A stretch of 64,000 bases of DNA from the NCBI GenBank assembly GCA_965215335.1, contig CBDCDA010000001.1, forward strand, positions 1,216,001 to 1,280,000, read 5' to 3'. The stretch comes from an uncultured Candidatus Entotheonella sp. GTDB taxonomy: Bacteria; Tectomicrobia; Entotheonellia; Entotheonellales; Entotheonellaceae. Position numbers and translations under genes: made by a program. A model generated the notes under the pieces. That model saw only the letters and a list, made by a program, of their open reading frames with translations. It was not told the origin of the DNA and ran no database searches. Of the stretch, positions 38,638 through 49,529 are shown in pieces; within the stretch, counting starts at the first letter, position 1; each line of letters begins with the position of its first letter.

Positions 38638-39119
38638 TTAAGGCACACGCTCCAATTGATAGGTGCATACGCTGACAAAGCCAAAATCGGGATGGGTACA
38701 TCCCGCCGTTTCAGTTGCCGAGACCGAATCAGCGGAAAAGGCCGTTCCTTCGGTCTCAACGGCACACTCCGTCTCTATGGAGGGATACTCTATCTCATCC
38801 TCAGAACGGATTTGGTCACCCTCAATAGTTCCCTCAACTTGCAACCCTGCTTCCAGACCCGTAGCTATGAGCGTATTTCCATCTTGTTCCATGCGCACAA
38901 GACTATCGGCAATCGCTTCTTCAATTTCGCGTTCGATCTCATCGACGAGACTTTGGTCAACAAGAACATCATAGACAAGCTCACACTTGACATTGTCTTT
39001 CACAGTCCATTCACCCGCAAGATCATACAATGGCGGATCCAATGGCGGATCAGCCCCCCCCCACAACCCGAGAGGACCAAAATTGCGGCTACGGATCCAG
39101 CAATAAGTAGAGTCCTCAT
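38638..39119 (-). pseudogene. Acidic lipoprotein frameshifted at a G9 tract after the lipobox
   Basis: RBS AAGGAG, MRTLLIAGSVAAILVLSG-C, then G9; mature part (GADPPLDPPLYDLAGEW...) lies in the adjacent frame. Confidence 0.7.
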
Positions 39120-39169
39120 CAGTCACTCCTTGTCCATTGAACGGGACTATTGACACAGGCACGGCACCG

Positions 39170-42100
39170 CTATTCCGCAACCGCTCGGCGCTGCACCCCA
39201 AGCGTGATGATCATGCCATCAATGCGATGCTCCTCGCTGTACGCCTCGGGCGGAGGCGTATCGACAACGAGATCAGTGCTCAGGGTTTCAGCTTTGACGT
39301 AATCGCTCCAGGTTAGCATGGCGTCGGCCAAGGGTCCATTGGAAAGGCCGTAGGTGACGATGCGGTCGGCGATGTTGAAACCGGCGTCGCGGCGCATGAC
39401 CTGAATGCGGCGAACCAGCTCGCGGGCCAGACCTTCGGTGCGCAGCGCCGGGGGAATGTCGGTCTCCACGGCAACGGTGACGCCGCGGTCGGTGGCGACC
39501 GCCAGACCGGCGGCGGGGTGAGTGCGGATGAGGACCTCGTCGGGAGCAAGCTCGAAGGTCTCGCCGTCAATGCTCAGCGTCACGGGATTGCCGGACTGCA
39601 CCCTCTGTACTACCGCGCCGGTGTCGGCATGGGTCAGCGCTGCGCGCGCACGAGCCAGGGTGGCTCCCAATCGCGGGCCCAGCAGCTTGTTGTTGGGAAG
39701 CACCTCGTAGCTCAGTAATTGCGCCTCCCGCTCAACGAATTGCAGCGACTTGACGTTCAACTCCTCGCATACAATCGCCGTGCAGGTCCCGTTCCACCCT
39801 GTTTCGTCCTCGTGCACGTAAGCCAAGGCCGCCGCCAGGGGCTGGCGCACCCTGATATTGGCGCTGCCTCGGGACCCCAACCCCAGGCTGGTGATCTGCC
39901 GGGCCAGCGCCATCTGGTCCAGCAGCGTGGTGTCCACGATAGCCAAGTCCGCCTCCGGCCAATCGCAGTGATGCACGCTGTCGTAAGCCCCCGGCTGCAT
40001 GGCACGCACCAGATTCTGGTATATCATCTCGGTGATGAACGGCGTCAGCGGGGCGAGAAGCTTGACCAGCTTCACCAGCACGTGGTAGAGGGTGGCGTAG
40101 GCCGTGTGCTTGTCCGTGTCGTGCGTGCTCTTCCAATAGCGCCGGCGACTGCGGCGGATGTACCAGTTGCTCAGATCGTCCAGAAACGCTGCGATGGCCA
40201 GGGTAGCGGCGTGCGTGTCCGAGTCCTGCAGGCTCGTCGTGCAGCGCTCCGCGACCTGGTTGAGGCGTGCCACAATCCACGTATCCAGGATGTTGTCGCT
40301 GGACGGCGTCGGCCCCTCCGGACGCCCGGGCTCAAATCCCGCCCGGTCGGGTTCCCAGCCGTCGAGATTCGCGTAGGTGACGAAGAAGTGGTACATGTTC
40401 CACAGCGGGATGAGGAACTGCCGGCGCACCTCATCGGCCCGCTGGTAGCCGAACGGCAGGTTGTTCTCGGGCTTGTGTGCGCAGTACAGCCAGCGCATGA
40501 CGTCGACCCCCATGCGGTCGGCGGCCTCGTTGAACTCGATGGCGTTACCCCAGCTCTTGTGCATGGCCCGTCCGTCTTCGGCGATCAGCGTGGCGTACCC
40601 GAAGCATTCCTTGAATGGCGGGCTGTTCTCCAGCACCGTGCCCATGGCCAGCAGGCTGTAAAACCAGTTGCGGAACTGGCCGGGGAACGACTCGCTGATC
40701 CAGTGCGCCGGGTACCAGTCGCGCCACCCCTGTCGGTCGGTGCGGTAACCCAGGGTGCTGAAGCCGACGATGCCGGCGTCCAGCCACGGATTCGCCACGT
40801 CGGTAATGCGCTGCATCTGGCCGCCGCACTTGAAACAGGCAATCTTGACCGCATCGATATAGGGCCGGTGCGGGGTGTGCCCCTCGAACTCGTCCCAGCC
40901 CGCCACCGCCCGCGCCGCGAGTGCCCGGTCGTCGCCAATCACCTCGTAGTGACCGCAGGCGGCGCATTCCCAGAACGGCAGCGCCAAGCCCCAGTAGCGT
41001 TTCTTGCTGATCATCCAGTCGTGCATGTTGCGCAGCCAGTCGAGTTCGCGGTCCAGGCCGAAGGCGGGAATCCAATGAATCTGCTGCGTCACCGCCATCA
41101 TGGCGTGGCGCAATTCGTCCATGCTGATGAACCATTCGTCCACCAGGCGAAAGACCAACTCGGTGGAACAGCGCCAGCAGGTCGGGTAGCGGTGTGTGTA
41201 CGGCTCGACGTGGTACAGGCGGCCCGAATCGGCGAGCGTCTGCCGGATGCCGTCCAGAAGTGCCGAGACGTGCTGGCCGCTGAAGTCGCCGAAGCCGTCC
41301 ACGACGTATCCTTCCTCGTCGAGGGGGGCCAGAATCGGCAGGCTGTGCGCCCTGCCCAGCCGGAAGTCCTCGGCGCCGCAACCGGGGGCGACGTGCACGA
41401 TGCCGGTGCCTTCGGTCTCGCTCACCTCGTCCCACAACACGACGCGATGCGCCTCGGCGGCGCAGACCGACACGTCTTGCGCGAGGTCCCGCAGAGCACC
41501 ATTGCCGCCAGGTTGACGGGCCGCTTCCAGGTGATCAAAGGGGCCGTCGTACGACCAGCCTTCGAGCGCCGCGCCCGGCATCTCGCCCAAGACTTCGTAC
41601 GGTCCGCGCAGCATGTGCAGGGTGCCCTTGGACAGATACAACACCTCATCACCCTGCCGGGCCTTGACGTACATGAGATCCGGGCCGACCGCCGCCACGA
41701 CGTTGCTGGGCAGTGTCCAGGGCGTCGTGGTCCATACCAGCAGGGACTCCCGTTGCCGCCCGCGCAACGGCAGGCGCAGGGCGATGGAGGTGTGGGTGAG
41801 ATCCTGATACCCGTCGGTGACGATCTCGTGCTGACTGATACCGGTAGCGCAGCGCGAGCACCACGGCATCACGTCGGCGCCGCGGTACAGCCAGCCGCGC
41901 TGCCAGCACTGCCTGAGGAAGGTCCAGATCATGTAGTTGTTCTCGCTCGAGAACGTGAAGTAGCTGCCGCCGAGATCCGGCATGCCCAGGCGTCCGACCA
42001 ATTGTTCCACGGTGCCCGTCACCTCGCCCCGAGGGCCTTGCACGGTCGTGCGCTGCGAGGGATTCTCCATCAAAGCGGTGGCCAACTCGCGCAGATGATC

Positions 42101-42547
42101 CGGGTCGTTCCAGTCCATCCAGTAGCCCAGCCGTATCGATTGTTCCGTCTGTACGGCGGCAAACCGCAACACCCGTTCCTTGCACTTGCGCACAAAGGCG
42201 TCCAGGCCATAGGTCTCGATATCGCGCTTGGACCGGAAGCCCAGTTCCTTTTCCACCTCTACCTCGACCCACAGCCCTTGGCAATCGAAACCGTTCTGGT
42301 AGCGCAGTTCCCGGCCGCGCATGGTCCAGAAACGGTTGAACACGTCCTTGTACGTCCGACCCCAACCGTGATGCACGCCGAGCGGGTTGTTGGCCGTCAC
42401 CGGCCCGTCCAGAAAGGACCATTTCGGTTGCCCGGCATGCAGGGTGCGCAGGGTTTGGAAAGCATTGGTGTCTTTCCACAACTGCAGCACCTCGTGTTCC
42501 TGTTTGGCGTAGTCGTCAACTTTGGCGGGGACATCCTGAAACGGCAT
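39170..42547 (-). CDS. ileS: Isoleucine--tRNA ligase, type 2
   Basis: FLDGPVTAN, GFDCQGL, WTTTPWTLP, GTGIVH.APGCG, DWMISKKRYWG, WYIRRSRRR; signatures GVHH and AMHKS. Confidence 0.95.
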   Translation of the reverse strand: MPFQDVPAKVDDYAKQEHEVLQLWKDTNAFQTLRTLHAGQPKWSFLDGPVTANNPLGVHHGWGRTYKDVFNRFWTMRGRELRYQNGFDCQGLWVEVEVEKELGFRSKRDIETYGLDAFVRKCKERVLRFAAVQTEQSIRLGYWMDWNDPDHLRELATALMENPSQRTTVQGPRGEVTGTVEQLVGRLGMPDLGGSYFTFSSENNYMIWTFLRQCWQRGWLYRGADVMPWCSRCATGISQHEIVTDGYQDLTHTSIALRLPLRGRQRESLLVWTTTPWTLPSNVVAAVGPDLMYVKARQGDEVLYLSKGTLHMLRGPYEVLGEMPGAALEGWSYDGPFDHLEAARQPGGNGALRDLAQDVSVCAAEAHRVVLWDEVSETEGTGIVHVAPGCGAEDFRLGRAHSLPILAPLDEEGYVVDGFGDFSGQHVSALLDGIRQTLADSGRLYHVEPYTHRYPTCWRCSTELVFRLVDEWFISMDELRHAMMAVTQQIHWIPAFGLDRELDWLRNMHDWMISKKRYWGLALPFWECAACGHYEVIGDDRALAARAVAGWDEFEGHTPHRPYIDAVKIACFKCGGQMQRITDVANPWLDAGIVGFSTLGYRTDRQGWRDWYPAHWISESFPGQFRNWFYSLLAMGTVLENSPPFKECFGYATLIAEDGRAMHKSWGNAIEFNEAADRMGVDVMRWLYCAHKPENNLPFGYQRADEVRRQFLIPLWNMYHFFVTYANLDGWEPDRAGFEPGRPEGPTPSSDNILDTWIVARLNQVAERCTTSLQDSDTHAATLAIAAFLDDLSNWYIRRSRRRYWKSTHDTDKHTAYATLYHVLVKLVKLLAPLTPFITEMIYQNLVRAMQPGAYDSVHHCDWPEADLAIVDTTLLDQMALARQITSLGLGSRGSANIRVRQPLAAALAYVHEDETGWNGTCTAIVCEELNVKSLQFVEREAQLLSYEVLPNNKLLGPRLGATLARARAALTHADTGAVVQRVQSGNPVTLSIDGETFELAPDEVLIRTHPAAGLAVATDRGVTVAVETDIPPALRTEGLARELVRRIQVMRRDAGFNIADRIVTYGLSNGPLADAMLTWSDYVKAETLSTDLVVDTPPPEAYSEEHRIDGMIITLGVQRRAVAE

Positions 42548-42700
42548 GAATCATCTTCTCCTGGGGTGGGCATTCAATACGCTGCGCTCGCATTTTCAGG
42601 GGCGGCATTCTACGACAGGTAAAATGTGCGGGACAAGGAAAAGGGCGGTCCGGAGAGCGGGGTCAGGGAGCATCATACGGAATACAGAGGGAGAGAAGCG

Positions 42701-43255
42701 ATGCAGGCCATCATCGGCGCATGCAAACTGGAACTGGTCACCGGCGACATTACCCGCCAGACGACCGATGCCATCGTCAACGCAGCCAATCGCCGGCTCG
42801 CCGGAGGTGGGGGCGTGGACGGCGCCATCCACCGCGACGGCGGTTCCAGCATCATGGAAGAAACGCGGCGACATTACCCGCAAGGCTGTCCGACGGGGGA
42901 CGCCGTCGTCACCGGAGCTGGCAAACTACCCGCACGACACGTCATTCACGCCGTGGGACCTATCTGGAAGCGCGGGCAGGATCAGGAGGCATCCTTGCTG
43001 GCGAGCGCGTACCGGCGCAGTCTCGAAGTCGCCAGCGCGCAACAATGCGCCAGCGTCGCCTTTCCTTCGCTTTCAACCGGCGCCTATGCCTACCCGTTGC
43101 AGCAAGCCGCTCACATCGCATTGCGCACCGTGGCCGCCTACCTGCGGCAGCATGGCCAGCCGGGGCTGGTGCGATTCGTCCTCTTCGGCGACCGAGCGTA
43201 CGAGGCGTATACCGCCGCGCTCGCCGCCATGCTGAGGGAAAATCCTTGCCGATAG
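42701..43255 (+). CDS. Macrodomain O-acetyl-ADP-ribose deacetylase (YmdB-like)
   Basis: GDIT, AIVNAAN..LAGGGGVDGAIH, VIHAVGP, FPSLSTGAY. Confidence 0.93.
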   Translation: MQAIIGACKLELVTGDITRQTTDAIVNAANRRLAGGGGVDGAIHRDGGSSIMEETRRHYPQGCPTGDAVVTGAGKLPARHVIHAVGPIWKRGQDQEASLLASAYRRSLEVASAQQCASVAFPSLSTGAYAYPLQQAAHIALRTVAAYLRQHGQPGLVRFVLFGDRAYEAYTAALAAMLRENPCR

Positions 43256-43371
43256 CCGTATGGTGTGCTACAGTTTCAGGATACTCGTATATACCTTTAT
43301 CATATCCTGAAAGCAGCGGTCTCCTGCCATGCAGGAGGACAGACCGCTGCTCAATTAAGGAGTTGTAAGGG

Positions 43372-43851
43372 ATGCACGGACAATCCCTGCCACCGTTTTC
43401 CACACCTGCCGCCGGTCCCGACTCCACCACCAAAGCTGCCCCGACGCCAAATCCCCAGCCAGAAGCCAGCAGTGTCGGACACGCCCAGTACAATTGCGTC
43501 CATTACAGCACCTGCCTAGGCACCGCTGCCGATCGGGGCTGGCCGGGGCTGAGTTGCACCAGCTGTACGGCCTACCGTCCGGTACCCAGCGAGGCGGTTC
43601 CCTACGATGCCTGCGCGCAACTGCTTGGCGCCGTCCTGCGTACCGCTCAACACGACCTGGAACACAGCCTGGACGACAGCTTCTGGGAGGCTGCCACATT
43701 TGTCTTCTATCAACAGGATTTCGCGGTCCTGTGCGGGCTCCTCGACATTGATCCCGATGCGGCCCGGCAGGCGCAATGGGCTCGGCTGACGACGATGCAA
43801 CAGGAAGCCATCGCCGGACGCTGGCCGCATGCCACGCTCGCTCTTCACTGA
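43372..43851 (+). CDS. Hypothetical protein with Cys cluster (possible Zn site)
   Basis: RBS AAGGAG; CVHYSTC...CTSC. Confidence 0.55.
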   Translation: MHGQSLPPFSTPAAGPDSTTKAAPTPNPQPEASSVGHAQYNCVHYSTCLGTAADRGWPGLSCTSCTAYRPVPSEAVPYDACAQLLGAVLRTAQHDLEHSLDDSFWEAATFVFYQQDFAVLCGLLDIDPDAARQAQWARLTTMQQEAIAGRWPHATLALH

Positions 43852-43917
43852 GCCTAGCGATAAAAGGCCATGCCGGAGCGGTGCGAACGCCGCTTCAGCA
43901 GGGCTTTTTCCTTTGCT

Positions 43918-45257
43918 TCAAGCAAGCAGGAAAAACCGGGCGGCAAACAGGTACATGACCAAACCGATGATATCGATGGCGGTGGTGAGAAACGGCCCGC
44001 TCGCCACGGCCGGATCAATGCCCATACGAGCGAAAGCCAGCGGCAGCAAACCGCCCAGCACGGCGGCGACCGTCATCGAGGCGCAGATCGCCGAGCCCAC
44101 CACCAGTCCCAGCATCGGGGAGCCCTGCCAGATGAACGCCACGGCTCCCAGCAACACACCATAAATCACCCCTAACGATAATCCGACGCGGCCTTCCCGC
44201 AACAAGGCATGGAGGGACCTGCGCGGGTCAATTGCGTGGCGGCGTTGCCGCCCATGCCGATGATCACGGGAAAAAACGCCGCCAGCACGACCAGGCTTTG
44301 CAGGGTGACTTCATAGGCGTTGATGACGTACGAGGCGAGCAGGCCACCGAGCCAGCTCACGAACAGCCACGGCAAGCGATGTCGAATGGTGTGTCGGGAA
44401 GAACTGTCGAGCATCTCGTCCGGGTGCACACCGGCGAGGCGCAGGATGTCCTCCGTCGCCTCCTCGCCAATGACGTCGATGATGTCATCGACGGTGACGA
44501 TGCCCATCATATGGCCCTGGCCGTCAACAACCGGCAAGGCAAGGAAATCGAACCGGGTGATCAGGCGCGCGATGTCCTCCTGCGGCTCGTCCAGGCTGAC
44601 GCGAATCATCTCGGTTTCCATGAGGTCGCGCAGGCGGCTCTCGGGGTCGGCCATCACCAGTTGCCGCAACGACACGACGCCGGCCAAGCGGTGTTCGCTG
44701 TCCACCACGTAGACATAGAACACCGTCTCGGCCTGCCCCGCCCTGCGGAGGTGCTGCAGGGCCTTGGAAACCGTGCACGTGTCCTCCAGCGAAAAGTACT
44801 GCGTTGTCATGAGGCCACCGGCCGTACGCGGGTCATACGACAGCAGCCGGTCAATCTGGACAGCCAGCGCTTCGGGCAGTTGATGCAGCATTTTCGTCAA
44901 GCGTTCCGGGGGCATCTCGCCGAGGATGTCGGTGGCGTCGTCCGGCGGCAGGAGCTTGACCATGGCCACAAGTCGAGCCGTAGAGAGATGCAGCACCAGG
45001 GCGGCGCGCGTCTCCTCGTCGAGGTAGGTGAACATGGTGGTGGCAAGGGCCGTATCAGGCAGGCGCTGCAGCAATTTGCTCTGCTCGCTGAGTGTCATAT
45101 TATGGAGAATTTCGGCGCACTCACTGCCGTGCAGTTTAGCGAGCAATCGCACCAGATTAGTGTACGCTTCACGGCGCAGCAGACGGCGGGTCGCCTCTAC
45201 CGGCAGGGCGCGATGGGGTATCACCTCCGGCGGCTGGACCGTTGGGATTCCATCCAT
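43918..45257 (-). pseudogene. mgtE: Magnesium transporter MgtE, frameshifted in the TM domain
   Basis: PDDATD, TAGGLMT, CBS pair, GMGGNAATQ; C-terminus (IDPAVASGPFLTT) continues in another frame at 43918-44205. Confidence 0.85.
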
Positions 45258-45445
45258 GAAATTGGCTCCGGAGCGCGCAAGACAGCCTCAAATAAAGGTC
45301 GGAAGAAATAACAGCAGGTGATTGTAGCACACTTGTTCCTGACCGGAAGCCGCGGCTATAATGACACCAATGTGCTGGGAACGATGGCGCAGAGCGAGCC
45401 TTCGGTAAGCAGGGGCTCGTTGAATATCCTTGCATAAGGGCCTCC

Positions 45446-46783
45446 ATGGACGTCTTGTTTCGCATCTGGGCGATCCTGGCGCTTGTCGGGCTGAATGCCT
45501 TCTTTGTAGCAGCGGAATTTGCCCTCGTCGGAGCCCGCACCACCCGCCTGCAACCCCTCGCCGAGGCCGGTGACGGCAAGGCCCGCGGTGCCCTGAAAGC
45601 CCTGCAGCACCTCGACGACTACATTTCCGCCACCCAACTGGGTATTACCCTCGCCTCCCTGTCGCTGGGCTGGATCGGCGAGGCAACCCTTGCCACCCTG
45701 CTGATGCACGTCTTTCATGCCCTGCCCTCCCCTTTCGCCAGTCTGGCATCCCACGCGGTGGCCGTGCCGGTGGCCTTCGCCTGCATCACCTTTCTACATA
45801 TTGTCCTGGGCGAGCTCGCCCCGAAATCCTTGGCACTGCTGCACCCGGAGCAAATCAGCCGCTGGGTGGCACGTCCGTTGACGCTGTTCATGTATGCCTT
45901 CTGGCCGGCGATCTGGCTTCTGAACCAGAGCGCCAGCGTCTTCCTGCGACTGTTCTCCGTGCGCCCGCCAAACCATGCGGAGCGCGTGCATGCACCCGAG
46001 GAGCTTCTTTTACTACTCTCGGAAAGCCACCGGCACGGCCTGGTGGAGGAGTCGGACGCGCGCATGATCGCCAGCGTGCTCGACCTATCGCACACCAGCG
46101 TGCGGCAGGCCATGACGCCGCGAACCGACATCTGGGCCGTGGAATGCTCATGGCCTCTGGAAAAGGTGATCGATGTCGTATGCCGCAGCGGCAACTCGCG
46201 GCTGCCGGTCTACGACGACGCGCTCGACCACATCGTCGGGGTTGTACTTGCCAAGGACCTCTTGGGTTTTCCCAATGACGAGAAACCTTTCAGCCTCGGC
46301 GCCATCATGCGCAAGCCGTTCTTCATCCCCCCCACGGCGCGCGTGGACGAACTGATGCGCGCCCTGCAACAGCGCAATGCGCACCTGGCCATCGTCGTCG
46401 ACGAATACGGCGGAACACTGGGGCTGATTACCCTTGAAGACCTCATCGAGGAGATTGTCGGGGAGATATTTGACGAGCATGACGACGCCAGCGAGAACAT
46501 GCAGGCGACGCCGGAGGGGCACCTCAGCGTGCCGGGCGACCTGGCCATCGAGAAGCTCAACGAACGCTACAACCTGGATTTGCCGGATGACGATTACGTC
46601 ACCGTCGCCGGGCTGGTTCTCTCGGCGCTGGAGCACATCCCCACGGTGGGCGAATACGTGCGAGCCTATGGCGTCACCTTCCACGTCACCGCCATGGACC
46701 ACCTGCGCATCGAACGCCTCGAAATCACCCTCCCCGAACCACACGGCGAGATAACCCCCATCGCTTCCGACACGTCCGACTGA
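45446..46783 (+). CDS. HlyC/CorC (CNNM-CBS-CorC) family protein
   Basis: FFVAAEFAL, QLGITL, GELAPK, MTPR, SRLPVY, VDEYGG. Confidence 0.92.
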   Translation: MDVLFRIWAILALVGLNAFFVAAEFALVGARTTRLQPLAEAGDGKARGALKALQHLDDYISATQLGITLASLSLGWIGEATLATLLMHVFHALPSPFASLASHAVAVPVAFACITFLHIVLGELAPKSLALLHPEQISRWVARPLTLFMYAFWPAIWLLNQSASVFLRLFSVRPPNHAERVHAPEELLLLLSESHRHGLVEESDARMIASVLDLSHTSVRQAMTPRTDIWAVECSWPLEKVIDVVCRSGNSRLPVYDDALDHIVGVVLAKDLLGFPNDEKPFSLGAIMRKPFFIPPTARVDELMRALQQRNAHLAIVVDEYGGTLGLITLEDLIEEIVGEIFDEHDDASENMQATPEGHLSVPGDLAIEKLNERYNLDLPDDDYVTVAGLVLSALEHIPTVGEYVRAYGVTFHVTAMDHLRIERLEITLPEPHGEITPIASDTSD

Positions 46784-46790
46784 GGTGCCG

Positions 46791-49433
46791 TCACGCCCTC
46801 GCCGCTTCGCCGGGTACCAGCAATCCGAATCGATTGCGCCACGGCACTTCAAGCACCCCGCGCAGGGGATCGTTCGATGTCTCGGCCATGGTGTCGTGGG
46901 TGGCGATTCGGAACAACGGCGTGCCCGTCTTCACCCCCTGGCCGTTTTCGACCCGTATCTCCGTCACTACGCCGTCCACCGGGCTGGGCAGATCGGTAAA
47001 CATCTTCATCGCTTCCAGCAGGGCCAGCGTCTGACCCACCTTGACGTCTGCGCCGACTTCCACGAACGGCGGAGCGCCAGGCTCCGGATAATGATAAATC
47101 GTGGCTTCCATGGGAGAGAGCAGTTCGCCGTAGCGCAATACGGCGGGCCGCAGGCTGCGGCTGAGAAGCCGCAGCAGATGGCCAACGGTACCCGCCTCCT
47201 GCAGGTAGACCGGACGAGACAGGGAAAGATTGGCGTTGTGCGCCAGGCAGTCGTGAATCTGCGTGCGCTCGAGGGTTTCGATGAGGCCGCTAATGGCCGG
47301 CGCCTCGGCGGTCAACCAGCCCAGCAACTCCTGGAGCAGATCGGCTGCCTTCTGACAGGACAAGGTCGAGACTGGAGCGGTGAGCTGTTCGAGCAGTGAC
47401 GCGTAGACCGGCTCGTCTTGCAGACGTCCGGCGACGGCGGCGCACATGAGGGCTTTCAGCCGCTTGTCGAAACGCCCAACAGCCTCCCATAGCGCGTCCA
47501 TGGCCCGTTGCAAGGCAAGGCCGCGCTGGCGCTCCTCCTCGAACAGCGGCACGTCCAGCTCGACGGCGAGTTGCCAGAGCACCTCGAGGGTCGTCAGCGG
47601 ACGCTTGCGCAACTGCGTCAGGCGCTTCAGGTAGAACGTCAGCAGACGGCTGGGATGGGCGAAGCCTGCTTCCAGCGTAGCGCCCAACAGGCGGGCGACG
47701 AGGGCCGGATGGTTCGGCGTCGGACGGCGCGGATAACGGGGAACGCGCGCCAGCACGGCCGATTTTTGAGCCTCGACGCCGGCCGTGAGGGCCATCCACA
47801 GGAGGCTGGTATCGGTACGGAAGGCGGTTTCGGCAGGCAAGGCCCGCATCAGGGTCACGAGCCCCAGAATGGGTTGGAGATTGGTCTGCAACTCGGCGTC
47901 CCCGGTCACCTCCAAGCCGTCCTGCAGGACGCTGACGAGACGATCCAGGGTCTCGTGACGGTCGGCCCCGTGCACGATGATCAGGGCGAAATTGGCGTCA
48001 TAACTGGGAACGACCCAGGGCCCTCGGCGCTCCTGCAAGCCGCCGGCATCGATGCGTACGTGGGCGCCGAGTTCAGGCGGCAGGTTGCAGCGCAAGGCAT
48101 GGACAACGCCGCCGAGCACCGGGTTGAGGTCCTCGTGCCAGGCGTTGAGGCGCACCTCGATGGCGTCGCCGACGCAGGCAATGTCCCGCTGGTCGAACGA
48201 CAGCCGCTCGCCCGCCGCCACGCGCTGCTGCATCTCGACCAGGCTGATGGGCTCGCCGTGCACGCGCGCGATGCCTTCGGTGACGGCATGCTCGACCTGG
48301 ATGCGCGGGTTGACTTCGAGAAAGTATGGCTCGCCCTGCTCATCCACCAAAAACTCAACGGTCGCGGCGCCCCGCAACTGCACCGCCTGCCCCAGGCGTT
48401 GGGCATCCCCACAGATGTGCTCCAGGGTCTGACGCCGGCGGCACAGGCTGTCGATGCGTACGGCGTCGTCCTTGGGATCGAGACGCTGCATCTCCTGCGT
48501 GATGGCCTGCGGGTGCAGGGCCATTTCGATGAATTTCTGATAGCCATGATTCTGCACCGAGCAGTCGCGGGCCGCGAAGTGAACGACGGTCTCGCCGTCG
48601 CCAAATATCTGCACCTCCCAGTGTAGCGGACGCGGGATGTCGAGCTCGATCAGCACGCCCTTGCGCGCGTCGGCCTCCGACGGCGAGACGCCCATCTCCG
48701 ACCACACCTTGGCCAGCGCCTCGCGGACGATGTCGGCTGCCTGCGGGCCGTCCAGTTCCTCGGCGGCGAGCACCCGCTGGCCCTTGCCGCCGCCGCCGCC
48801 CGGATGCTTGAGGCGAAGGGGATAACCGGGATATTGCACCGCCATGGCGAGCGTGCGGCGCACCGTTTCCGTGGCAAGGGTCGCCTGGTCCGCAGAGCGC
48901 GCAAAACCGACCAGCGTATCGTCGCCAGGGATGGTGGGAATGTGCAGCCGCCGGGCCAGCGCGACGGCTGCATCCTTATCGCCAACGGCGCGCAGGGTGT
49001 CCGCCGTCGGGCCGATGAAGCGCAGTCCGGCCGCCTCGACACGCGCGGCAAAGCCGGCGTTCTCCGCCAGAAAGCCGTAGCCCGGATAGATGGCGTCAAT
49101 GCGGTGCTGAACGGCGATGCGCAGGATGGTTTCAACGTCATCGTATTCCTCTACGTAATGGACGTGGTCGGCTGGCAGATTGGCGATCCACGGCGCCGCG
49201 CGGCGCCCATCGGCAATCCATTCCTTGGACGACACCACGGCGTGGGGCGACAGCCAACCCCGCTGGCGATACACCTCCAGCGTCTCAAAGGCGATGGGGC
49301 CGCGGCAAATCAGCAGCGTGCGCATCGCCTCAACCGGCATAGCAGGGTGCGATTGCTCCAATGGTGTCAATGGTGTCAAGGGAAAAGACATCGAGGGCCG
49401 GTTTCCGAGGAAAGGAGGATATGCGTCGGACAC
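46791..49433 (-). CDS. Biotin carboxylase fused to biotin carboxyl carrier domain
   Basis: YPGYGFLAEN, GGGGKG, RDCSVQ, FLEVNPRIQVEH, C-terminal EAMKM; start uncertain. Confidence 0.9.
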   Translation of the reverse strand: MSDAYPPFLGNRPSMSFPLTPLTPLEQSHPAMPVEAMRTLLICRGPIAFETLEVYRQRGWLSPHAVVSSKEWIADGRRAAPWIANLPADHVHYVEEYDDVETILRIAVQHRIDAIYPGYGFLAENAGFAARVEAAGLRFIGPTADTLRAVGDKDAAVALARRLHIPTIPGDDTLVGFARSADQATLATETVRRTLAMAVQYPGYPLRLKHPGGGGGKGQRVLAAEELDGPQAADIVREALAKVWSEMGVSPSEADARKGVLIELDIPRPLHWEVQIFGDGETVVHFAARDCSVQNHGYQKFIEMALHPQAITQEMQRLDPKDDAVRIDSLCRRRQTLEHICGDAQRLGQAVQLRGAATVEFLVDEQGEPYFLEVNPRIQVEHAVTEGIARVHGEPISLVEMQQRVAAGERLSFDQRDIACVGDAIEVRLNAWHEDLNPVLGGVVHALRCNLPPELGAHVRIDAGGLQERRGPWVVPSYDANFALIIVHGADRHETLDRLVSVLQDGLEVTGDAELQTNLQPILGLVTLMRALPAETAFRTDTSLLWMALTAGVEAQKSAVLARVPRYPRRPTPNHPALVARLLGATLEAGFAHPSRLLTFYLKRLTQLRKRPLTTLEVLWQLAVELDVPLFEEERQRGLALQRAMDALWEAVGRFDKRLKALMCAAVAGRLQDEPVYASLLEQLTAPVSTLSCQKAADLLQELLGWLTAEAPAISGLIETLERTQIHDCLAHNANLSLSRPVYLQEAGTVGHLLRLLSRSLRPAVLRYGELLSPMEATIYHYPEPGAPPFVEVGADVKVGQTLALLEAMKMFTDLPSPVDGVVTEIRVENGQGVKTGTPLFRIATHDTMAETSNDPLRGVLEVPWRNRFGLLVPGEAARA

Positions 49434-49529
49434 TCAATGACAATCCAAAAAGGAAAGCGCCCATACAGGTCGGTGGGGGCATCGAGGATTACGGCTGTCT
49501 CTCTCGCAACAAGGAGAAATCTACCATAC

